DNA of 64,000 nucleotides, taken from the NCBI RefSeq assembly GCF_009834535.1, contig NC_045696.1, positions 81,904,001 through 81,968,000 of the forward strand, read 5' to 3'. Positions 53,422-64,000 of the stretch are shown here, in pieces; the first letter of the stretch is position 1; each line of letters starts with the position of its first letter. The notes beneath the pieces are model-generated. The model saw only the letters and a list, made by a program, of their open reading frames with translations, was not told the origin of the DNA and made no database searches. This DNA comes from Camelus ferus. Lineage: Eukaryota. The translations under genes and the position numbers were made by a program.

Positions 53422-53804
53422 CTAGAAAGACACACTGGATGACAGCTCAAGCCTGCATTCTTAGGAAAATTCCACCTTTATATTTCTCCTCTGCCCTCAG
53501 ATGCTTCCCGGTCTTATTACAGTGAGTCCCTAGGCATGGTTCTACAATATTCACAATGATGGAAATAATTTACTAATCTGAACATTGATGCAGGTCTCCA
53601 TAATACTACATCATTTTAATATTCCATTAAATTAGCACTCTAAGCTTTTACTGTTTTGAAAACTTTTTAAAAAGCACTTGCAAGAGTGGTTTTAAGTTAT
53701 TTAAGCTGTGATATACTATTTTTTCCAATGTTCTTCTAAGTTAATAAACTTTGGCCAACCAAAATAATGAAACCTAATACATAACACAATCAAAATTTAC
53801 ATAC

Positions 53805-53894
53805 CATATCCCAATCAACATTTCGGAAGAACGGGTGTCCTTGAATATCAGCAAATCCTGTTTGAGGATGACAACCCAATCGTTCCTTTGGGTC
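53805..53894 (-). CDS. PRKCI: PRKCI exon 16 (90 nt)
   Basis: ccatag|GAC ... ATG|gtatgt; translates [30 protein letters not shown]. Confidence 0.96.
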
Positions 53895-55239
53895 CTATGG
53901 TGCAAAGAAATGTTTCAAGAACTGCGTGAATATCCTGCTTTAGAATCAATCACCTTTGTGACCTATGTTTTGTGTCTAATATGTGTCTATATGTCTGAAA
54001 TCAGAATGGTCTACCTTTCATTTCTAGAAAGCATAACACTGGATATCAAATGAGTATCTGAGGCTTGTAACAAGTAGGATTTCCTCAAGGCTCTCTCTAG
54101 AGCTATCTTGTAATTCAAGTGGAGACCTGTCACAACACCTTGCTAAAGAAAAGTGGGAGGGAAAAGAGAGCAGCAGAATCACTTGGGCAGCATCCAGCTC
54201 TTCTGTTGACATGGGTTAGAGTGACAGTCAAAATATGCAAACTCCTAAACTTTACAAGTTTATTCTTAGCTCCATTTAAAAGCCTTATGCCCAATTATAG
54301 CAGCAAACCAAAATCTGTGTACTATGATGATACAATCATTATCTGAATCACTGGACTGAGAAGGGGCCAGCAACTTACAAAATTATCATGAATGAGAACG
54401 TGTTCCCCCTTTCCTTTCCAATAAAAGGCATTTTGTTTTTTTGCACATTAACACTTCTCACCTTCATTTTTCAATGTATTGAAGCTTAGGTATCAGTTTA
54501 AATTTTTCCTCATATAAAGTACTCATTTAAAACAAGCTTGAATTTCTTATTTTATTAAAATTGGTCATTACCTATGTATCTTAGAAAGTAAACTGCAAAT
54601 CAGCCTACTTTCTAACATATCATTTATTTAAAATATGATTTTAAAGTAAGAGTTGGTTGTTGGTATGGGAAAAACCTACATGTTTGGTGTCAGAAGTGAT
54701 GAGTAAAAACAGTTAAGAACTGCAACCTTAGATTCTAAAACTCTTCTAGCCTACCAACTGCAACAAACAATGGAATGTGTTCAGATTTTTTTTAACGTGC
54801 CAATGATAGCATTTTTTCTGAGTATTATCTAATTATAGGACTTTGACGTGAGAATTTGTAAGCAACACGACTGCCACAAGTGCTCAATAAGTAAAGACAT
54901 TCTATGAGTAATAATCCAAAGAAAATTGAAAAATAGAGCAACAGTACAATTGAGACTATCCTCAAAGATGTAATTTTCCCCTGAGTACATGGTATATATC
55001 ATTTACATTGAAAATGTAACATATAGCTGGGGGCAAATTATATTGGCAAAATGGAAAGGACAATTGATCTCAGGATCTAATGCTGCCAACTTACTCTACG
55101 GTGAAGAGACAAATTCCAGATCTAACTGAAAAGTTACATACCCTGATGTTTTACAATCTTACGTTGCCTGCGCCTCTACTTACCGGTTTCGTTTGTACAG
55201 AGAGATTAAATCACTAAAGGTTTTACACACAATTTATAC

Positions 55240-55319
55240 CTTGTTGAGGAAACTCTTCAGGACACTTGCTGCTTTTACAGACAGAGAACGTGGTATGCGA
55301 ATCTGTTTTTCCAAAATAA
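55240..55319 (-). CDS. PRKCI: PRKCI exon 15 (80 nt)
   Basis: ttctag|TT ... AAG|gtataa; translates (V)[26 protein letters not shown]. Confidence 0.95.
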
Positions 55320-55544
55320 CTAGAAAGATAAAATTGACAGCATTTAACTTTTACAGGGCTTTAATCTTAAACTTTATTATTATGAGATATTTAAGGCAAC
55401 CTAGCAGAAAGAAACAAGATGTCACATATACCACCTCAGCGTCCTGTGTCCTTTCCCAGTCCCACTTCGCTCCTTCCTTCTGAGACAGCCTCTCATCTAA
55501 ACACTGTTTTTACCAGTTATATGCATATATTTTACTCTTTGACT

Positions 55545-55930
55545 ACCTTATTGTGCCTTAGTTTCCTCATCTGTAAAACTGGAATAAAAATAACACCTGC
55601 TTCATAGGGGTGTTGTCAGGTTTAAAGGTGTTAGTACCTGTGAAATGTGTGGCACATACTACCATATTCGATTTTACTGGACACTGCCAAATTATTCTCC
55701 AAAGCTGTTGTGTCAATTTTTCACTCCCGCCACCAGTCTATGAGAGTTCCAATCGCTCCATATCCTCACCAGCATTGGTAGTATCAGACTTGGAAATTTT
55801 TACCAAATGTGGGAGTATAAAAAGTAGCTCAATGTTTTAACATGCACACCCCTAACTAGTAGTGAGGTCGAACGTCTTTCCACATATTCCACAGCCACCT
55901 GGACTTCCCATTATATGAAATATCTATCCA
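55545..55930. mobile_element. MIR fragment (+) followed by old L1M fragment (-)
   Basis: agtttcctcatctgtaaaa (MIR core), then tgccaaatt...ctccaaag...tatgagagttcca...tcctcaccagca (antisense L1 ORF2 end). Confidence 0.65.
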
Positions 55931-56393
55931 TTTCCTGTGATGGCCTTAATCATTAAATGCAGAATTTAATGGCACTTCTGTTCAATTCTTTGTATTTCCA
56001 ATTGTGGGGCTTTTTTCTTCACCTTTTGAACCCTCTTATCTTCTTGGTATGCTACTTTCCCCTCAATATGGTTCTTGGACTTCTGCACTCAGCATTGTGG
56101 TCTAAATAAAATGTCACACAATTCCTTCCTCCAATCTCTGTGATGTACAATCTGAAGGAACCTCTCTGTCATGATTTTGAGTATGAGGTTACTGGCGAAA
56201 GGGACTGAAGACTACAGAGGTAGGAAGGAGATATCAAAACAAAACAAAACCAAACTCAAAGCCTCACATGTGAAGCTGTATATTGTCTAGATTATTCTCC
56301 TCTTTCTTACTCAAAGTACTAACTTGAGTTGTCTTCATTCATGCTCTAGAATAGGTTATTCACAGAGAATCTTGATAAAATACTGCAAATTAC

Positions 56394-56519
56394 CTTGAAA
56401 AAGATAATCCTCTGTGTTTTGATCAGGGTTATCTGAGCTCCCGACAATATCAAATGGAGACCTTCCTGCCATCATCTCAAACATCAGCACTCCAAGAGCC
56501 CACCAGTCGACACTGAAAC
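56394..56519 (-). CDS. PRKCI: PRKCI exon 14 (126 nt)
   Basis: ttgaag|GT ... CAAG|gtaatt; translates (G)[41 protein letters not shown] (kinase subdomain IX). Confidence 0.96.
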
Positions 56520-57094
56520 CTTCAAAAAAGAAATTTTAAAGCAATAAATTATCCATTCTGCATTCTTCAGAGCCAGTAATTTGAGATTCATTTTATTACA
56601 TAATAAAGAAGATAAACATAATGAAAACGTAAACTATACACTATAACTACCATAGTAGACATTGGGGATTATAGGAATATTTCACTAATCAAAAAGGGGA
56701 GGTGTCTAAAAGATAACTTTAAAAATCAAATATAGAAAGTGAAACATGAATTTCTCTTCCCAAATACATCTGTAATTTCAGACTAATGGCCTCTATCTAG
56801 TATTTTGTTATGAGGATATAAATTGTATTTGAGAATAACCTTCCTTGGTGTGAAACTTGATCTTCTGCTAGCTGATTAAAGATCTTTGAAGGATGCTGGA
56901 ATCAGATTATGAGCCACTATAAGAAGTACTCATCCTCCTTTACAACTGCTGAAATCAGAGGGCCAGAACCCAAAGGGTCAAATGTTTCCTTAAGATAAAC
57001 ATATCTTCTGGTTCCTGACAAGCACTCAATCTTTCCTCCATCTTTCAAATTCCTAGCGGTAAATACCACAGGAATTCTGAACAATCTTTCAGAG

Positions 57095-57320
57095 GTTTAT
57101 GACTCTGGAGTCACATGACTAAAGTTTAAATCCCAGCTCTGCCACTTTTTAGCTACATGACCTTGGGCAAGCTATTTAAACTTTCTGTGCATCAGTTTCC
57201 TTGTTTGTAAAATGGGAATTAACAGTGCTGACCTCACAGGATTATTAAGATTAACTTAGTTAATATATGCAAACTGCTTAGAACAGTGCCTAGTACTCAT
57301 AAGTGCCTGCCACTAATAAA
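57095..57320 (+). mobile_element. MIR SINE
   Basis: aaatcccagctctgccact...tgaccttgggcaag...cagtttcct...gtaaaatggg...cttagaacagtgcct. Confidence 0.85.
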
Positions 57321-57506
57321 ATATTATTAAAATCTGCACCTTCAAATACTGCCAAGGTCCCACTGTCTCTGATTTCAGAGTTTGGGGTTTTCATGTGAGA
57401 TTGAAAGGGATCAAGTAAATTGATATTAATAAGATCAGTAATGAAATACTATAGCATACTATAATGCAATTGGTATCGTGTTTAACAACCCCCTAGTACA
57501 TAGCTA

Positions 57507-57617
<111 letters not shown>

Positions 57618-58212
57618 TTATTAAAAAAGAGAAACAATAATAACAAAATGCAAAATGTTTTAAATTCACCTCTTTTATTTCATCTATCATATAAGTTTAG
57701 CATCTGTAGGTAATATATTAAGCTCACATATCGCTAGCACAGTTGCCTTTATTATTGAAATCACACGTTGCTGCTAAATAACTTCAAGAAAACCTATCCT
57801 CATTACAGTCAGTTCAATTGAGATAAAAATTGCATTGAAAATAATTTATATTCAAGTCAAAATTTAACACAAAAATATAAATTACATGAGTAGAGGAATC
57901 ATATTTTATGAAGAAAAGAAGCACCTTAAATCCCACCTCCCAACACAACCACTGCTGGCATTATGGTGATTCCCTTCTGGTTGTTCTTCCTAAGGCACAT
58001 GTTTTTTGGTTTTGTATTTAATAGCTACAGGATGGATAAAATTAAGGTAAAACACACTAATATGTATGAATAGATACATTTATACAATATGTATAAATAA
58101 CAAATGGAACAATCACCAAGAAGCTAAAAGAAACTTGTATGTAGCTAACAACACAGCCTCAAAATACAAATAGTGAAAATGGACAAAATTATTAAGAGAA
58201 TTTCACAGTCAC

Positions 58213-58474
58213 TGCCATGTACTGAATGTTTGTGTGCACCCAAAATTTATATGCTGAAGCCCCAGTGGTATAGCACTGGGAGGTGGGGGCTTTGAGGAGG
58301 TAATCAGGCCATGAGGTTGAAGCTCACATGATGGGATTCATGTTCTTATAAAGCCCCCCTGTCTCCTTGCTCCGTGAGGATACGAGGAGAAGAGAGCCAT
58401 GCGCCTTCACCCACATGCAAACTAGGAAGGGTGCCTTCAGACGCTGATTCTGCCTTGATCTTGGACTCTTCACT
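58213..58474 (+). mobile_element. Truncated MLT1A-like LTR
   Basis: tgccatgtactgaatgtttgtgt...gggaggtggggg...ccttgatcttggact; homologous to the LTR at 920-1280 but stops abruptly. Confidence 0.75.
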
Positions 58475-59810
58475 AAGGGGTGCTGGGTAAACTAGACGGC
58501 TACTTGTAAAAGAATAATTAGAACATTTTCTTACATCATATACAAAAATAAACTCCAAATGGATTAAAGACCTAAATATAAGACTGGAAACCATAAACTC
58601 CTACAAGGAGACATAGGCAGAACACTCTGACATATATCATAGCAATATATATTTATTTATCTGTCTCCTAAGGCAAAGGAAACAAAAGCAAAAATAAACT
58701 AATGGGACCTAATTAAAATTAAAAGCTTCTGCACAGCAAAGGAAATCGACAAAATGAACAGACAACCTACTCAATGGGAGAAAATATTTGCAAATGATAT
58801 GAGATACACAGGTTAATATCTAAAATATATGAACAATTCCAAAAACCCAAATAACTCAGTTAAAAAATGGGCAGAAGGACTGAACAGGTATTTTTCCAAA
58901 GAAGACATAGAGATGGCCAACAGGCACTAAACAAGATGTTCAACATCACTAATCATTAGAGAAATGCAAATCAAAACTACAATGAGCCTCTACCTCACAA
59001 CTGTCCCACCTATTCTCAAAAGGACCACAAACAACAAATGTTGGTGAGGATGTGGAGAAAAGGGAACCTTTGCATACTATGGGTGGGAATGTAAATTGGT
59101 GCAGCCACTGTGAAAAGCAGTATGGAGATTCCTCAAAAAAAATGAAAATAGAACTACCATGTGATATAGCAATTCCACTCTTGGATACATACATGTCTGA
59201 AGAAAACGAAAACATTAATTTGAAAAGATACTTGCACCCTAATGTTCATAGCAGCGTTATTTACAATAGCCAAGATATGGAAGCAAACTAAGTGTTCACT
59301 GATAGACAAACGGATAAAGAAGATATGGTATACACACACACACACACACACACAATGGAATACTGTGAGTCACAAAAAAGAATGAGACTTTGCCATTTAC
59401 AACAACATGGATGGACTTGGGAGGGTATTATGCCTTGTGAAATAAATCAGAGAAAAAGAAATCCTGTATGCTATCACTTATATGTGGAATCTAAGGAATA
59501 CAACAAAGTAGTGAATGTGACAATTACAACAACCCCCGCACCCAGACTCCCAGATACAGAGAACAGACTAGTGGCTACCAGTGTGGAGAGAGAGGGGGAA
59601 AAGAAAAATAGAGATAAGGGATTAAGAGGTACAAACTACTATATAAAATAAATAAGCTACAAAGATATATTGTGCAGCATGGGGAATATAACCCATATTT
59701 TAATAACTATAACAGGAGTATAATCTTTAAAAACTGTGAATCACTATGTTGTACACCTGAAACTTATATAATATTGTATATCAACCATACCTGAACTTAA
59801 AACACTAAAA
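58475..59810 (+). mobile_element. LINE-1 3' 1.3 kb (ORF2 end plus 3' UTR), containing a (CA)n repeat at about 59332-59353
   Basis: aaaataaactccaaatggattaaagacc; EKREPLHTMGGNVNWCSHCEK (ORF2 C-terminus); typical 3' tail. Confidence 0.9.
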
Positions 59811-60273
59811 AGATCATCTAAAAATAAGCTGAATAATAGTAAATATACAATTAAGTATGTTTTTTTTTACTTTATAAGCATGTAATTTCCCATGTGATTA
59901 CAGACTTATTATTAATGACTATAAAATTCAATTGAACATATGTACCTATTAACCATTTCCCTATTGTTAAATTATATGGTACAAAATTCCAAACAGAAAA
60001 AGGCAGGGAGATAGTCTCTAAAAACCAAGCCTTTCTCCCATTCTTGTCCCTGACACATCCAGTTCCAGCTCCCTAGAGGTAACCACTGGTATGAGGTTCT
60101 TATGTGTTCCCGCAGAGATATTCTGGGCTTGGGGTACATATTTTTCTTCAATTTTTTTACTACTATATATAACACTAATATAACCACTTAGAAGAAACAT
60201 ATAGTAATACATGTTGTGACTCCAAGGATCTTTTTAAGATCCCTAATAGGGATATGTATGTTATCTTTGTATA

Positions 60274-60590
60274 TTAGCACATTGTGGAGATATCATGGTT
60301 TGGTTCCAGAATTCCGCGAAAAAGCAGATCACAATAAAACAAGTCACATGAATATTTTTGGTTTCCCAGTGCATGTAAAAATTATGTTTACACTATACTG
60401 TAATCTAATAAGTGCGCAACAGCATTATGTCTAAAAAACAAAGTGCATACCTTAATTTTAAAATGTTTTATTGTTAAAAATAAAAGCTAACCATCATCTG
60501 ACAACACAGGGTCACCACAAACCTGTGTTCAAAAAACACAGTACCTGTGAAGCACAGTAAAGCGAAGTACAATAGCACGAGGTGTGCCTA
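60274..60590 (-). mobile_element. Internally deleted Tigger1-derived MITE (Tigger1a-like)
   Basis: Both Tigger1-like ends (ggagatat...ggttccaga and aagcgaag...cgaggtgtgcct|ta) joined over only about 320 bp; TA at 60591-60592. Confidence 0.75.
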
Positions 60591-60830
60591 TACAAGGAAC
60601 TATGAATGTGATTTAAGTTGTTCTGTATTATTGGCAATGGTTTGACATATAGTCTCATGGTAAATGACACGCATTTTCAAGGCAAGAGTCAGAGGCAAGG
60701 GATGCAGTTTGTTAACCTGTAAAAGAGCTATGCTATAACCTTGTGACTGGCTATCTGAATGTAGGCTCATCAGCTGAACTATCTACAGTATATCATAGAT
60801 ATGATTATAAAACCCCCTGCTGGACACAGT

Positions 60831-61093
60831 CAACAATCTTATAGTTACCAGGGAAAGGGGGTGGGAAGGGATAAATTTGGGAGTTTGAGATTTGCAAATG
60901 TTAGACACCATATATAAAAATAGATTTTAAAAAGTTTCTTCTGTACAGCACAGGGAACTATATTCAATATCTTATAATAACCTTTTATGAAAAAGAATAA
61001 AAATGAATATATGTATATGTATGCATGACTGGGACATTGTGCTGTACACCAGAAATTGACACAATGTAACTGACTGCACTTCATTAAAAAAAA
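60831..61093 (+). mobile_element. 5'-truncated lineage-specific L1 3' end with poly(A)
   Basis: gggggtgggaagggataaatttgggagtttgag...gcacagggaactatattcaatatctt...ccagaaattgacaca; A8 tail. Confidence 0.85.
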
Positions 61094-62448
61094 GTCACCT
61101 GCTGAGGAAAAAACAAAATTAAAGGCACATCAACTGATAAAACAGCTAAAGTTTTTCAGACAACAAAAAATCAATGTTCATAAAATATTTCAAACATAAG
61201 TCTGACGATATTAACTGCAGTCTTCATATGCCTACAGTCAGCACCATTCTCTGCATTCTTTATATAAAAGCACCTAGTGAGAAACTGAAGAAATTAATGA
61301 AATCTAAAGTATTTGCGGAGAAACTATGAAAAAAACCTGTGTCTTAGATTTCTCAAAGAACTACTGTAAGGAAAAGAAATTCACCCAATATTTGCCCAAG
61401 GTCAGACTTCAGGTAAGTTTAAATACTAACTCTAAGTCACAAAATAAGAACATTCAAAATTCAGGGGATTTATTTCCCATAAGCTTTAATATTGGATGTA
61501 AATGTTAGTTGGAAAAGAGACAAAGTTCTGTTAGTAAAGTCTCTGAACAAGACTTCCAACCCTGGTATCTTTTCCTACTAATAATTAGAAACAGCTCCTG
61601 GAGAAGGAGGAAAGACAGAAAGGGAGACAAGCAAGACAATCAATTTCAAGAACTACTAAATAAAACCTTTAAGATTTATCAAAGATCCTGATTAACTTGA
61701 TCAAGGATCTCTGGGAAGAGGAGAATATATTACAAACCAATATAATTTTTCAATAAGAGTAACAAAAGTTCAAGTAATTTTTTTCTAATAGTATTTTCCA
61801 GGCAAAAGAGGATTCCCAAATTTCTCTGAATAGAGGAGAGAGGCTGTGAAGGCACTTCCCTCAGGTGAGTGGGGACAGGCGATCAGCAGATTTACACACT
61901 TGCTGCCGTATTTACTGTGTGAAGATCATTCCACCCCAGCTCTTTTAATGAGGAAAGTAGCTCCCTACACGTTTTGTCAAAGAAGACTGGACCCTTACAT
62001 GGAATGTTGTTACAAAAAAGAATAAAATATCAAGAAATAAAGGATATGTCCTGAGAGTAATGAAAATTATTTGGTTCTATTATACTTGATGTCAGATGTT
62101 TAAATTTAAATATAAAAAAAAGTTAGATTTCCTAGGAAAATCTTGAATGCATTATTAAGCATCACAATTAAATGGCAAAAACTGGAAGGAGATTCACAAG
62201 CAGTTGCGTTAAAGTTGTGGGTTTGCAGACAGCTTTTACCACCACATTTTCTTCAATAGTGTCACAACTTTCAAGACAAAAACTTATGGACAATAAAAAT
62301 AAATTAACTCTTTATTATAGAACATAACACAGAAAATATGGAATTTCGTAAATGGCTAGGAAGTAAGTACATTTGCCTTTGTGCTAGAATTCCAAAAAGT
62401 ATCCTAAACAAAGTAGCAATTATTTCCCCATCTTTAAATATGAAGTTA

Positions 62449-62715
<267 letters not shown>

Positions 62716-62919
62716 TTAAATCCTACTCCCATCTGCAAACCAGAACATCAAAATCATGTCAAAAGATTTTTTTCTTCCAGTGTTTTTAGGAACAACACCA
62801 AAACACAAATTGGAGTACCACTTTAAAATAGCTGAGCCCCAAATATAACTACAAAAGTTCCAGTCTAAATTAAACTCATACTTTTTGTAAAGTTTAATGT
62901 TTAATTTGAACGTCTCAAG

Positions 62920-63080
62920 CAGGGGTTCTTAATCTGGGTCCTTGGATAGACTTCAGAAAGTCCATATTCCTACAACTGGATGCAAAGTTGTATGTACGTG
63001 TACTTCTCCAATTGTTTTCACAGCTTACATCACTTCTCTAAGGGACAAATGATCTCCCCAAATGCTAAGAATCATTGGCT
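62920..63080. mobile_element. Probable hAT-Charlie MITE
   Basis: Imperfect inverted ends caggggttcttaa ... ctaagaatcattg. Confidence 0.45.
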
Positions 63081-64000
63081 GGTCTAAAATAAAAGAGTAT
63101 GGAGAGTTGACCCCTCAAACCATAAAATCTATACTAAACTTCTAGAAAAGGAATAGGAAGAAATTATTCTACAATAGTAACATTTAATATTAAAGAACTT
63201 TTCAAAACTGCCACCAACTCGTTGGTGATAAGCAGAACTTCTGACCTGAACAATGAAAATGAAACACCCAAGCTGATTTATAGCTGCTTTGGTGAATACT
63301 ATCACGATCATGCTTGGAGGTATGTAATACACACCTTCTAGCTACTTAATTCTATGAAGAGGGAATTTGAGCCCTTATCCCGCACTTTGGTTCCTAGAAA
63401 AGTGAAAATGGTATAAAACCAGAATGGGCACTTTAATACAGTAAAAACTAGGTTACTTCCCCCAAGTCCAACTGAACAAACAAGGAAGAAATACTGGCTA
63501 TATTCACAATTTAAAATATCATCTGTGGCTTTGCTATGAAGGGTAACCATTTGATAAAGCCTAAATAAATAATGAACATACAGTAAAAAACAAATAAAGA
63601 GTTTGGCCTTGAGATTAGATTAATACACTTTATATCTTCTTATGAAGTTGAAGGATATTTTCTCTTTTTGACAAGAAATATCAATGAATAGCAAGATTTC
63701 CACTAAATAAGTTATTTTTTAAAATCAATATCTAACCTTTGTTACATACCTATACAAACTCCTATGCTTCTTTTTGGCATTACTCTTGTAAAGGGCAAAA
63801 GGGTAGAATTACTGCTAATTATGAGTGAAAAACAGCAAAGCATGGCACTGATGGATTAAACTTCATAACCAAGACCATGGTGCCTAGCCACCTAACTCCT
63901 CCAACATTTATATAAACAATATACAATCTTGCATAATATCTTAAGAGCACTAAACAAACAAATGATATTTAACACACTTTTCTCTTATTAATCAGCACAT

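Overview
Mammalian genomic DNA, most likely from a camelid, judged by tRNA-Ala-derived Vic-1-like SINEs and the absence of Alu or rodent SINEs. Two spliced genes lie in tandem on the minus strand. The first is the 3' part of PRKCI (atypical protein kinase C iota): seven intact coding exons at 62644-49677 plus a long 3' UTR. The second is most of SKIL (SnoN): a CpG-island promoter at about 19.5-21 kb, a putative non-coding exon 1, and coding exons 2-6, with exon 6 running off the window start. The rest is intron or intergenic DNA rich in L1, MIR, L2, MaLR LTR and DNA-transposon relics. Exon numbers follow human orthologues recalled from memory, and repeat family names are by eye. The most notable observation is an apparent +1 frameshift in SKIL exon 5 (about 549-551) giving a premature TGA at 520-522, either a real loss-of-function allele or an assembly error. 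Other points: a GC-AG intron donor after SKIL exon 2, apparent loss of the SnoN2 internal donor, two uORFs, a dense Smad-element cluster, a miR-219 seed site in the PRKCI 3' UTR, and several L1 insertions with informative structure. I found no convincing evidence of a wholly new biological system.
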